Assembly (NCBI GenBank): GCA_965220565.1
Contig: CBDCQG010000001.1
Coordinates: 532,297-596,296 of the forward strand
Direction of reading: 5' to 3'
Source: Dehalococcoidia bacterium
Lineage (GTDB): Bacteria > Chloroflexota > Dehalococcoidia > UBA6926
DNA length: 64,000 nucleotides
Shown here: piece after piece, positions 20,044 through 30,160 of the stretch
Layout: every line of letters begins with the position of its first letter
How positions within the stretch are numbered: position 1 is the first letter of the stretch
Made by a program: the position numbers and the translations under genes
Notes under the pieces: generated by a model
Databases searched by the model: none
Told to the model about the DNA's origin: nothing
The model's input: only the letters and a program-made list of their open reading frames with translations

Positions 20044-21093
20044 TCAGTTCATGCCGAGGAGTCGCTGCACCGCAGCGAGATCGGCGGGCGCCTCCTCAAC
20101 GTTCAGCCCCTGCGCCGTCGCATTATCCGGGTCCTTCAGCCCGTTCCCGGTGATGATGCAGACCACTCGCCGGTCCTGCATCTCCGGGTGCGCCGCCGCG
20201 TACTTTGCCAGCCCTGCAACTGACGCCGCAGACGCCGGTTCGCCAAATATCCCTTCCTGTTCAGCCAGCAGTGAATAGGCATCCATTATCTGCTCATCCG
20301 TTACGCTGTCAATCAGCCCGCCGGAATCATCTCGCGCCGCCACCGCGTTCTCCCAACTCGCCGGGCGGCCGATGCGGATGGCGGATGCCACCGTGTGCGG
20401 GTCCTCCACGGGATGACCGAGCACAAGCGGAGCTGCTCCCGCCGCCTGGAACCCCATCATCCGCGGCAGACGCGTCGCGTTGGCCATCTTCTGGTATTCC
20501 GTGAACCCCTTCCAGTAGGCCGTGATATTCCCCGCGTTGCCCACGGGAATGAACAGGTCGTCCGGCGCATCCCCAAGCTCATCGATGATCTCGAACGACG
20601 CCGTCTTTTGACCCTCGATCCGGTCCGGATTGATCGAGTTCACCAGCTTGATCGGCCCCGGCCCGGCAAACGACCGCACGATGTCCAGCGCATCGTCGAA
20701 CAGGCCGGAAATGGCGACAACCCGCGCGCCGTACATCGATGCTTGCGCCAGCTTTCCGACAGCGATATTGCCCTTGGGCACCACAACGATGCTCGCCAGC
20801 CCGCAGGCGGACCCATACGCGGATGCGGAAGCGCTCGTATTCCCCGTTGACGCGCAGATGACGCCTGTGCAGCCGTCCTCCAGCGCCTTCGCCACCGCCA
20901 CCACCATGCCGCGGTCCTTGAATGACCCCGTCGGGTTCATCCCCTCCAGTTTGAAATACAGTTCACCCACGCCTATCTGAGATTCAAGGTGACGCGACCG
21001 GATCAGGGGCGTGCTGCCCTCTCCCAGCGTGATATGAGGCGTCGACTCCGTAACGGCGTCAATCAGGTGGCCGTATCGCGCAAGCACGCCCAT
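20044..21093 (-). CDS. thrC: threonine synthase
   Basis: NPTGSFKDRG, CASTGNTS, PVGNAGN, TGNGLKD. Confidence 0.96.
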   Translation of the reverse strand: MGVLARYGHLIDAVTESTPHITLGEGSTPLIRSRHLESQIGVGELYFKLEGMNPTGSFKDRGMVVAVAKALEDGCTGVICASTGNTSASASAYGSACGLASIVVVPKGNIAVGKLAQASMYGARVVAISGLFDDALDIVRSFAGPGPIKLVNSINPDRIEGQKTASFEIIDELGDAPDDLFIPVGNAGNITAYWKGFTEYQKMANATRLPRMMGFQAAGAAPLVLGHPVEDPHTVASAIRIGRPASWENAVAARDDSGGLIDSVTDEQIMDAYSLLAEQEGIFGEPASAASVAGLAKYAAAHPEMQDRRVVCIITGNGLKDPDNATAQGLNVEEAPADLAAVQRLLGMN

Positions 21094-21106
21094 CGTCACG
21101 CCCCCT

Positions 21107-22429
21107 CTATTCCTCAACGCGAATGATGCTGCCGATCTCCCGCACCACGTCGAGCGCCGTCAGCTTCCCGGTTGCGTCACGCAATGCGGATTCCCGCGCG
21201 CGGTGTGTCGTGATGACGATCTCGGCGGAGCCGGCCGTTTCATCGACCTCCTGCTGGATCACGGAGGCAATGCTGATTGATGCCTCCCCCAGGATGCGCG
21301 CAATCGCCGCGAGAACGCCGGGCTGATCCGCCACGGTCATTCGGAGATAGTAGCGAAAATCCAGCTCGTCGATCGGCCGAACTCGACCGGCCGCGCCATA
21401 TGTTTGTCGCTGCTGCGATCCGCTGCGACCCGTCAACCCCCGCGCCACCTCAATGAGGTCGCTGAGTACCGCGCTCGTCGTCGGCCCGGACCCCGCTCCT
21501 CGTCCATACAGGAGCAGTTCTCCCGCCGAATCACTATCGAACTGCACCGCGTTGTACACGCCGTCAACCTTTGCCAGCTGCGTGTCCGACGCGATGAACG
21601 CCGGATGCACCCGCACGTCCAGTTCCCCGTCATCGATCTCTTTTGCGATTGCGAGCAGCTTGATCGCGTACCCGAGATCATGCGCGTACCGAAAATCCCG
21701 GGGAGCCAGATGGCCGATTCCCTCGCAATAGATTGACTCCGGCGATACGGGCGATCCGTAGGCGAGCGTCGCGAGCACCGCCAGCTTGTAGACGGCGTCC
21801 GTGCCATTGATGTCGTTGCCGGGATCCGCCTCCGCGTACCCCCGCGCCTGTGCGTCTGAGAGGGCATAGTCAAAGGCCATTCCCTCGACGGCCATCCGCG
21901 TCAGGATGTAATTCGTCGTCCCGTTGATGATTGCTCGCAGCGCCTGGACCCGCGCGCCCGTCAAACCCCGTTCCAACGCGGAGATAACCGGAATCGCGCC
22001 GCCCACCGCCGCCTCGAACTTGAGGCTGACCCCCTTCGCCCGCGCCATCGCCAACAGGCCCGCGCCATGCTTGGCCATGACTTCCTTGTTGCCCGTCACA
22101 ACGGAGCGCCCGTCGGCCAACGCACCCCTGATGGCGGGCAGGGCGGCATCCTCGCCGCCCATCAACTCAATGACGATATCGACGTCGGGATTTTCGAGAA
22201 TGTCTTTCCCGTTAGTCGTGATGAGAGATGCGTCAACCACAGAAGACCGGCTGCGTCCGGCATCGCGCACCAGGATGCCGTGCAGCCTGAGGGGGAGTCC
22301 CACCGACTCCTCGAGGAAAGACGCCCTGGTTGTCAGGGCCTCCGCGACACCCGTGCCCACGACGCCCATGCCGAGCAGCCCGACGCCGATGTATCCCCGT
22401 TCAATGGGGCCCGCCGACCCCTTACTCAC
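21107..22429 (-). CDS. hom: homoserine dehydrogenase with C-terminal ACT domain
   Basis: GLLGMGVVG, FEAAVGGAIP, INGTTNYIL, GRGAG, DQPGVLA. Confidence 0.96.
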   Translation of the reverse strand: MSKGSAGPIERGYIGVGLLGMGVVGTGVAEALTTRASFLEESVGLPLRLHGILVRDAGRSRSSVVDASLITTNGKDILENPDVDIVIELMGGEDAALPAIRGALADGRSVVTGNKEVMAKHGAGLLAMARAKGVSLKFEAAVGGAIPVISALERGLTGARVQALRAIINGTTNYILTRMAVEGMAFDYALSDAQARGYAEADPGNDINGTDAVYKLAVLATLAYGSPVSPESIYCEGIGHLAPRDFRYAHDLGYAIKLLAIAKEIDDGELDVRVHPAFIASDTQLAKVDGVYNAVQFDSDSAGELLLYGRGAGSGPTTSAVLSDLIEVARGLTGRSGSQQRQTYGAAGRVRPIDELDFRYYLRMTVADQPGVLAAIARILGEASISIASVIQQEVDETAGSAEIVITTHRARESALRDATGKLTALDVVREIGSIIRVEE

Positions 22430-23522
22430 TCGCGCTCCTCGTTGGGAACAGCTCGCGATCCTGCCGCAACTGGGTGAGGACCCAATTGTATCTGTCTGAA
22501 CTCATTCCACCTCCGGGGCGGATGAGCGCGCCGTCCGTCACCAGGTCCGCGCGGTGGCCTGCGATCCAAGCCCGCAGCGCCTGGTCCTGCAGTGGCTTGA
22601 TGTGGTCTTCTCGAACGTCGCGCAGCTCCAGTACCCCTTCGGCGAGGAAGATCGAAACACCCGTAGAGGTGATCACGGGGCCGGAAACCTCCCCGTCTGC
22701 CAGCTGAGTCATGATGTCGTCGTATTCTTCCTTGATTCCACGCGGCACCCAGCCCAGGTCACCGCCCTGTTCGGCCGTGGCGCGGTCCCCCGATAGTTCG
22801 CGGGCCAGGTCCTGGAAAGACTCGCCGGCATCATAGCGGTCAAGCGCCGCCCGCGCGTCAATCATGTCCGTCTCGGAGTTGGTGAAGCGGATCTCGTACA
22901 GGCGCCGCTGTTCCAGCTTGGCCGGGATATTCGCCTGCAGCAGCGCCTCCAGCTTGTTCTGCAGAGCCTGCTCCCGCGCGATTTCACGGAAGAACTCCTC
23001 AGACACCTGCAGGATCTCAAGACGCAGCCTCAGGCGCTCCCGGTACTCGGATTCCGGTATGTCCGGATTATCCACGTTGGAAACGCCAACAATCCGCGCC
23101 TTCATCTCGTTGTCAATCTCCAGCTCGCTCACCGCCACGTTCTCCAGCGGCGCGTATTGCTTGACGATTTCACGGCGCTCCAGGTCGTTCACCATGTCAA
23201 ATATCAGGTTGTTCAGGGATTCCGGCGACCATGTGCCTATTGCCTGCGCCTCCGCGACGATCATCTTCAACCGTGTCAGGTATTCACCCCACGTGTAACG
23301 GGTGTCGTTGATGATGAGCGCCGTCTCCCGGTGAGGTTGGACGAAGACCACAAAGTACCCCGTGGCCGGAATCACCATGGCAGTGATCAGCATCAGGATG
23401 CCGGCCAATGAGAGGATCCGCGTAAAGCGGTATCGACGGCGCCTTTCCGTCGCGCGCCGATGTCCCCCAATGACGCCCGACGAGGCCAGGTCGTCGTTGT
23501 TGTTCTGGTCCTGTTCGGTCAT
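22422..23522 (-). CDS. membrane-anchored parvulin-type peptidylprolyl isomerase (PrsA/SurA-like)
   Basis: N-terminal TM helix; FQDLARELS.D....GGDLGW. Confidence 0.82.
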   Translation of the reverse strand: MTEQDQNNNDDLASSGVIGGHRRATERRRRYRFTRILSLAGILMLITAMVIPATGYFVVFVQPHRETALIINDTRYTWGEYLTRLKMIVAEAQAIGTWSPESLNNLIFDMVNDLERREIVKQYAPLENVAVSELEIDNEMKARIVGVSNVDNPDIPESEYRERLRLRLEILQVSEEFFREIAREQALQNKLEALLQANIPAKLEQRRLYEIRFTNSETDMIDARAALDRYDAGESFQDLARELSGDRATAEQGGDLGWVPRGIKEEYDDIMTQLADGEVSGPVITSTGVSIFLAEGVLELRDVREDHIKPLQDQALRAWIAGHRADLVTDGALIRPGGGMSSDRYNWVLTQLRQDRELFPTRSASE

Positions 23523-23582
23523 TGTCAGAACCTGTTGCGGAATTCGCTGCCGCTGAGCGGAAATCTCACCGCGGTACGGCGC

Positions 23583-23981
23583 TTACCGCGCCGGCGGCAT
23601 ATCGTGGAGGGTATCCGTCGTGAACGGAATCAGTCCCGCCTGCCGCGCGCGCTTGATCTGCCGCGCCAGCGCCCGCTGGCAACGGGAGCACGTGCTTGTC
23701 TTGCGTCGTGGCTCGATCCGCGCGCGCTCAGAGATAAACCGCCGCAGCGTCTCCGGCTGCTTGAAGTCCATCACCGCGTCCTTGTCAGCGCAGAAGAGGC
23801 ACACACGCCGGCGCGGGTAGAAACGCCGACCGCCCTCACGTCGACCACCCTCACGCCGACCGCCCGGCGGACGGTCTCCGGGCGGGCGTCCGCCCAGCGG
23901 CCTATCCGAGGCTGGTCTCGGCGGCGGCGCTCCGGCAGGCGCGGATGGTGACTCAGGCGAGCTGGGCGTTTCTGTCGTCAT
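23583..23981 (-). CDS. rpsR: 30S ribosomal protein S18 with Pro/Gly/Arg-rich N-terminal extension
   Basis: RRRVCLFC, LRRFISER, CSRCQR, IKRARQAGLIPF; rpsF-ssb-rpsR order. Confidence 0.95.
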   Translation of the reverse strand: MTTETPSSPESPSAPAGAPPPRPASDRPLGGRPPGDRPPGGRREGGRREGGRRFYPRRRVCLFCADKDAVMDFKQPETLRRFISERARIEPRRKTSTCSRCQRALARQIKRARQAGLIPFTTDTLHDMPPAR

Positions 23982-24058
23982 TCATTTCCTCCAGAACTGA
24001 TTGCAGTTAAGTCTACACGGCTTTGTGGGAGTAGGGCAGATGCTATCCCGTGCCGCCC

Positions 24059-24472
24059 CTAGAACGGCAGATCGTCCTCCGCTCCACCGCCGCCGAAAGC
24101 CTCCCCGGGATAGTCCTCTTCACGCGGCATCCCGCCGCCCTCTCCCGGCCTGCTCATAAAGACAACGTTCTGCGCCACGATTTCGATAGTCGTTCGCTGC
24201 ATGCCGTCGCGGCCCTCCCAATTGCGAGTCTGTAGCCGGCCATCGACATACACCTTCTGTCCCTTGCTCAGGTATTGGTTGCAACGTTCTGCCAACTGAT
24301 TCCAGGAAACGACTGAGAACCATTCGGTCTCTTCGCGCCGTTCGCCTTCACTCGTATTGTAAGAACGGCTTACAGCCATACGAAACGTTGTCACCGGATT
24401 CCCATTCGGCGTGTACCGCATCTCCGGATCGCTCCCGAGATTGCCGATCGCCGTCATCCTGTTAAGAGTCAT
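24059..24472 (-). CDS. ssb: single-stranded DNA-binding protein
   Basis: GNLGSDPEMRYTPNG; C-terminal DDLPF. Confidence 0.97.
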   Translation of the reverse strand: MTLNRMTAIGNLGSDPEMRYTPNGNPVTTFRMAVSRSYNTSEGERREETEWFSVVSWNQLAERCNQYLSKGQKVYVDGRLQTRNWEGRDGMQRTTIEIVAQNVVFMSRPGEGGGMPREEDYPGEAFGGGGAEDDLPF

Positions 24473-24500
24473 AGAAAATCACCATCTCCCAACTGTGCGC

Positions 24501-24782
24501 CTAGACGCGCGTCACGAAAGTTCGCAGGTGATTCTCATTGGCGCGGAGAGTAGTGGTAAGCGCGGCAACGGCGTCACCCGACATGTCGAAGCGTGAGACG
24601 ACCATTGTTCCGTCGGTCTTCGCCTTGATTGGATACGCCAGCCGACGGCGTCCCTGGACGTCAGTCGTCTCGTCCGACCCGCCCCGATCGGCAATAACCT
24701 GTTTGATGCGGTCTACCGCCCCGTTCAATTCGTCGTCCTGGATCTCCGGATCCAGGATCACCATCAATTCGTATCGAGTCAC
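24501..24782 (-). CDS. rpsF: 30S ribosomal protein S6
   Basis: YELMVILDP, GRRRLAYPI. Confidence 0.95.
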   Translation of the reverse strand: MTRYELMVILDPEIQDDELNGAVDRIKQVIADRGGSDETTDVQGRRRLAYPIKAKTDGTMVVSRFDMSGDAVAALTTTLRANENHLRTFVTRV

Positions 24783-24871
24783 TCAGCCTCCCTTGCCGTT
24801 TTTCGCTAGTGAAGTATACACGTGACGCCGCCCGGGCACCGTGTCGCCGCGTCACACCGGCAGGTCGTCGA

Positions 24872-26116
24872 TCAGTCGAAAAGCTCCGGTATCGGATGCG
24901 CCCCGGTCAGTTCCTTGACCTCTGCCCGCGCCTCCTCAAGAACGGACTCGTCGTCCGCGTTCCTGAGAACGCGCGTGATCAGCCGGGCAACGGAGCGAGC
25001 GTCATCCTCATTGAAGTTGCGGCTCGTGATTGCCGGCGTCCCGATCCGTATGCCGCTCCCCACGCGCGGCGGAAGCTCATCGAACGGGATCGCATTCGGG
25101 TTCGTGATGATGCCCACCGACTCCAGCAGGTCCGCCGCCGCCTTGCCCGTCGTTCCGATCGTTGTCACGTCGACAAGATAGAGGTGGCAGTCCGTCCCGC
25201 CGGAGACGATGCGCAGCCCCTCTTCCGCCATCTCCGCCGCCATTGCCCGCGCATTCCGCAGCACCTGGTCCTGGTAGGCGTGGAATGATGGCCGCAGCGC
25301 CTCCCCAAAGCACACGGCCTTTGCCGCGATGGTGTGCATCATCGGGCCGCCCTGCGCCCCGGGAAAGACGGATCGGTCGATGGCTGATGCGTATTCCTGC
25401 TTGCACAGGATGAACGCGCCGCGCGGTCCGCGCAGCGTCTTCTGGGTTGTCGACGTCATGATGTCTGCGTAGGGAGCGGGGTCGGGGTACACGCCGCCCG
25501 CAATCAGCCCCGCGTAGTGCGCCATGTCCACCATCAACAGCGCGTCAATCGAGTCCGCCACGCGCCGCAGGTTGGCGAAATCGATCGCCCGCGGGTATGA
25601 ACTTGCGCCCGCGACGATAATCTTTGGGCGATGCTCCCGCGCCAACGACTCAACTTCGTCGTAATCGATCATCTCCGTCTCGCGGTCCACGCCGTACGAG
25701 ACGAATCGATAGTACTGCCCGGAGAAACTGACGGGGCTCCCGTGTGAGAGGTGTCCACCCTGATCAAGCCTCATGCCCAGGATGGTGTCCCCCGGCTTCA
25801 CGAACGCGAAATACGCCGCCATGTTCGCCTGCACGCCGCTGTGCGGCTGAACGTTCGCGTGCTCCATCCCGAATAGCTTCTTCAGGCGCTCTCGCGCCAG
25901 GTCTTCCACAACGTCCGCGAATTCGCACCCCGCGTAATACCGTCGCCCGGGATACCCCTCCGCGTATTTCTCCGTCAGCGCGGAGCCCTGCGCCTCCATC
26001 ACCGCCCGGCTCGTGTGGTTCTCGGACGCGATGAGGATGATGGAGTCCTGCTGACGGGCCTCTTCGCCCTCGATGGCGGCAAATACCTCGGGATCAGACT
26101 GCGACAACACTGACAT
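24872..26116 (-). CDS. glyA: serine hydroxymethyltransferase
   Basis: [38 protein letters not shown]. Confidence 0.97.
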   Translation of the reverse strand: MSVLSQSDPEVFAAIEGEEARQQDSIILIASENHTSRAVMEAQGSALTEKYAEGYPGRRYYAGCEFADVVEDLARERLKKLFGMEHANVQPHSGVQANMAAYFAFVKPGDTILGMRLDQGGHLSHGSPVSFSGQYYRFVSYGVDRETEMIDYDEVESLAREHRPKIIVAGASSYPRAIDFANLRRVADSIDALLMVDMAHYAGLIAGGVYPDPAPYADIMTSTTQKTLRGPRGAFILCKQEYASAIDRSVFPGAQGGPMMHTIAAKAVCFGEALRPSFHAYQDQVLRNARAMAAEMAEEGLRIVSGGTDCHLYLVDVTTIGTTGKAAADLLESVGIITNPNAIPFDELPPRVGSGIRIGTPAITSRNFNEDDARSVARLITRVLRNADDESVLEEARAEVKELTGAHPIPELFD

Positions 26117-26201
26117 GAAAGCTCCTTAATCTACCCCTCGTCTCAGTATACCAACGGCCCACCCCCGCCGCCCCGTTTACCCTAACCATGTCGCCCTCCG
26201 T

Positions 26202-28541
26202 TCACCCTGAGCCTGTCGAAGGGTGAAAGTCCCACACCAACGCCTCCCCATCCGTCGTCAGCGTCACCGTCCCATGGATATCGGTCCGAAGAACCGCCGG
26301 CGCGGACGGCAATGACTCCAACCGCCCAAGCGTCTCGGGATGCGGATGCCCAAACCTGTTGCCCTCACCCGCAGTGATGATCGCAACGCGGGGCGACACG
26401 GCTTCCAGGAACTCCTCGCTCGAGGAATGGCGACTTCCCTGGTGCGCGATCTTCAGCACCGTCGCCTGCACGTCCACCCCGGAATCCAGCAGGAACCTCT
26501 CGCCGGGACTGTAAATGTCGGCGGTAAACAGGAACGACACGTCCCCATGAGACAGCTTCGCAACAACGGAATTGTCATCGTGTTCGGTGGCCGTGTTGAA
26601 TGGCCGGTCGGGCGGCGGATGCAATAGCTCTAAACGCGCTCCCCCTCCCAGGTCGATGGCCGTCCCCCGCTCCGCCCGCGCAACGGTCAGGTCCGTGCGC
26701 TCTCGCAGCGCCTCCGCCCACTGCCTGCCGTAAACGGTGCGCGATTCCAGCTGCGGGTCCACCACATACCCCACGTCGTAGCGTTTCAGGGTTTCCGTCA
26801 GCCCGATCAGGTGATCGGCGCTTGGATGCGTCAGGATCATGACATCGATGCGTCGTGACCACCACGGCAGGTGCTCCGCCAGCCGCTGCTGCAGCAATGC
26901 TCCGTCCGACCCTCCGTCGATTAGAACACGCCGACCCGTCGGCGATTCAATCAGGATGGAGTCGCCCTGTCCCACGTCCAGGACGTGAACCGTCAGCTGT
27001 TCTTCATGCGAGATATACGGAGCCGCCGCTCCAACCCCCGCTGTTGCCGTCAGGATGGCCAGCCCGCCCATGACCGGCCATGAGGTCAGCAGTCGCCGCC
27101 CGCTTGGCATGGAGATGCTCGGCAGAGACACCACCGGCCCCAGCAGTCCGGAGGGACTCCGCACTAGTGGTAGGAGGAACAAGCCGGCTATAACGAGGTA
27201 GATCAGGATCACCGCCCCCACGCTCAACGGCGCTATCGTGATCGCGGCGAATTCCGGCGACGAAAACAGCGACGATAGCCCGATCAGAAATGTCAGGAAC
27301 GGCCATGCCGCCCATGCCGCCGCTGATGCCAGCGCTCCGTCCGTAAACACGCCGGCCACGCCGGTCGCCGCGGATGTAAGCAGGACGGCAGGCAAGGCTG
27401 CTGTCCCCAACAGGCTCGCCGGTATCGTGAATAGCGAGGCCGCGCCGAAATAGTGCAACAGCAGCGGCTTGATTCCGATCACCGCGCCCAATGACGCGGC
27501 GATTCCCGTCGCGCCAACGTGCCGCCAACCCTCCGCCGGACGCGCGCCCGTGTCGGCGGTGTCTCCGCTGAATGGTGTACCCATAACGCGCCGTAAGGGA
27601 TCCGTGAGAAAGACGATTCCTGCCATCGCCGCCACAGTCATCTGGAACGACGCAGTCGCGATCACTCGAGGATCCCAGAGGGCGATGACCGTTGCCGCGA
27701 GCACCAGCGCCAGGCCCCCGCTCGGCTGCCGTCCGGAGGCGATCGCTCCCAGGTAAACGCTTCCCATGATCGCCGCTCGAACAACGGGCGGATTCAGTCC
27801 TGAGAGGATCGCGTATGCCCAGACGATTACAAATGGCAGCAGCACGTATAATCCGCGCCGCCGCCCCAGAACCATCGCGCTTGTTACCAGTGTCACGCCC
27901 AATACCACGCTAACGTGCAGGCCGGAGATCGCCAGCAGGTGCGCCGTCCCCGCCCGCCGCCACTCCTCGCTCAACTCTGACGGCAGATCATCCCGTTGCC
28001 CCAGCAGAAGCGCTCGCGCCAGCTCGGCCTGGGGCGATGGCAGGTTCCGCTCCAATGACGCGCTGAGGCGGCTGCGAACGGAGTTCAGCAGCACCATTGG
28101 CGGGGGCGCCCGCTCGACGAGCCGGAGATCGGGCCGCAACAGGATGACAAGATCGTCCGGCCAGGACGTGACCGCCTGTTGATCTCCCGGCGCAGCGCTC
28201 TCGCCATCGTCCTCCGGCGCAGGCAGGCCTGGAATCCCCGTCAACGTCACGCGATCGGCAGGGCCGAGTTCGTACGGCGGAGGATAGACCCACGCGATTG
28301 CATCTCCCGCCACGGCAAACGTCCCGACCTCCGCTTGGTCGAGCAGATGTGCGTTCTCAAGCGTTACCCGAACGCGAGTCAACTGCCCGCGACGTGACGG
28401 AGCATCCCGCACGACGCCCTCAAAAGCTGTCTCCCTGCCCGCAATCTGCCCCGCAGGAATCGCCGTCGGATTCGTATCCGGCAAGGCCCCCCGCGCCATT
28501 CCCGCCAGAACCCCCACGGCGATCAGGCAGGCCAAAAGAAG
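26202..28541 (-). pseudogene. comEC: comEC/Rec2 DNA uptake channel, 3' part (interrupted by IS1595 element)
   Basis: AHLLAISGLHV, LDVGQGD, THPSADH, LKIAHQGS; joins in frame with 31464..31606 once the element and one target copy are removed. Confidence 0.92.
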
Positions 28542-28627
28542 GGGAGTTATATACAATCCTACCCATGACATAGGCGAACGGCTGTTGCGTTGACGGGTAT
28601 AGGAGCGGCGTATATCCTCAACTCGCT

Positions 28628-29878
28628 ATGACGCTGGCATCGGGAAACTTCGTCAACCGGACACTGTGGACGGGTGACAACCTTGAGATTCTGCGGGGTC
28701 TCAATTCCGAGACGGTAGACCTCATCTACCTCGACCCGCCGTTCAACTCGAATCGCAACTACGAAGCACCTGTCGGCAGCAAGGCGGCGGGAGCCGCGTT
28801 CAAAGACACGTGGACGCTCGACGATCTCGACGTAGCGTGGATGGGCCTCATCGCCGACGAACAGCCGCCCATCGCCAACCTGCTCAAGACGGCGAGCATC
28901 GTCCACGGCGCGGGGATGCAATCCTACCTGACCATGATGGCCGTTCGGCTGTTAGAGCTTCGGCGCGTCCTCAAGACGACGGGGAGTATCTACCTACACT
29001 GCGACCCGTTCGCGTCCCACTATCTCAAGATGCTCATGGACGCCGTGTTCGGACGCGTGAACTACCGCAATGAGGTTGTGTGGTCATACCGCCGCTGGCC
29101 GTCGCAGGCGAAGCGGTATCAGTCCATGCATGACGTGATTCTGTTCTACGGGAAGGGAGAGTCCGTCACATTCAACGTGGCATTCGAGCCGCCCAGTGTG
29201 AGTTACCTCAAGCGATTCAAGGGCAAGACGCAGGTTCTTGACCCTGAGACCAAGACGCGGAAGCTCGTCGTGGACGAGCCGACGAAGGGACTCCCTCAGC
29301 GTGACGTATTCGACATATCGATTGTGGCCGGTTCGTCGAAGGAACGCATCGGCTATCCGACTCAGAAGCCGCTGGCCCTGCTAGAACGAATCATCGCGGC
29401 ATCGTCGAACGAGGGAGACGTGGTGCTCGATCCGTTCTGTGGATGCGCGACGGCGTGTGTGGCGGCTGAGAAGCTGGGCAGGCAATGGGTAGGCATCGAC
29501 CTATCCCCGAAGGCCGTCGAGCTAGTGAACCTGCGCCTACAGGACACGATGGGGAGTCTCTTTCACAACCGGCTCGTCACGGCGCGGACGGACATACCAC
29601 GCCGGACGGACATTGACGCGCCCATCCACTACCGCAAGAACGCTCACGTCCTGTTCGGCCAGCAGGAGGGCCGTTGCGCGGGCTGTGACATGGACTTCCC
29701 GTTCAAGATATTCGAGGTTGACCATATCGTGCCAAAATCGAGGGGGGGGGGGAGACCACCTCGACAACCTTCAGCTTCTATGCCCGTCATGCAATCGCAT
29801 CAAGGGAGACAGGCCGCAGGAATACCTGATGGCACAGCGAAAGGAGATGAGCCATGCCTAGACCTCCGAAGCCGCTAG
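28628..29878 (+). CDS. N6/N4 DNA methyltransferase (beta class) fused to an HNH endonuclease that is frameshifted at a G11 tract
   Basis: [20 protein letters not shown], CAGC...VDHIVP; the rest of the HNH ([18 protein letters not shown], stop at 29861) is in another frame after Gs 29742..29752. Confidence 0.9.
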   Translation: [416 protein letters not shown]

Positions 29879-29952
29879 AGCGGATACCCGATACGTTCGA
29901 GAACATCATCAAGGCACTAGTCAAGCCCGTGAAGAAGCCGACGGGCAAGTAA
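29854..29952 (+). CDS. small basic peptide, 32 aa (MPRPPKPLERIPDTFENIIKALVKPVKKPTGK)
   Basis: AAGGAG RBS; overlaps the end of the MTase-HNH gene. Confidence 0.55.
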   Translation: MPRPPKPLERIPDTFENIIKALVKPVKKPTGK

Positions 29953-29970
29953 AATCGTGATTGCGGTAGG

Positions 29971-30062
29971 CGGAGGGTAGCGGAGTCGAACCGCAATGCT
30001 AGGTGTCTTCTAGCACTCAAGGGATTCGCAGTCCCTGTCCCGTCCGACGGGCAATACCCTCC
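29971..30062 (-). tRNA. non-canonical tRNA with 8/4 (allo-tRNA-like) fold, anticodon GCG, long variable arm, G73
   Basis: Minus strand folds as GGAGGGUA/UACCCUCC acceptor (8 bp), CCCGU/ACGGG D-stem, AGGGA-CUGCGAA-UCCCU anticodon arm, AGUGCUAG/CUAGCAUU variable stem, GCGG-UUCGACU-CCGC T-arm (4 bp), followed by G-CC. Confidence 0.85.
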
Positions 30063-30065
30063 CCG

Positions 30066-30104
30066 AATCCCCTCGGAACTCGACTCCGTTCCGAGGGGAT
30101 TTTT
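30066..30104 (+). terminator. 14-bp hairpin with T-tract, probable intrinsic terminator of the passenger transcript
   Basis: AATCCCCTCGGAAC-TCGACTCC-GTTCCGAGGGGATT followed by TTT. Confidence 0.65.
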
Positions 30105-30105
30105 G

Positions 30106-30135
30106 TTGACAATCGCCGTGTGTTTAGAGTAGAAT
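30106..30135 (+). promoter_or_regulatory. putative transposase promoter
   Basis: TTGACA-18 nt-TAGAAT, then GGGAGGGG RBS before ATG 30161; an overlapping TATAAT on the minus strand (30134..30139) faces the tRNA. Confidence 0.55.
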
Positions 30136-30160
30136 TATACCCATAGGGAGGGGTTACACG

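Noticed and set aside
29971-30062. Calling this tRNA selC (tRNA-Sec) or an integration-site remnant
   Set aside because: The anticodon is GCG rather than UCA and the T-stem is 4 bp. It is full length and internal to a DDE element, with no integrase or att duplication.
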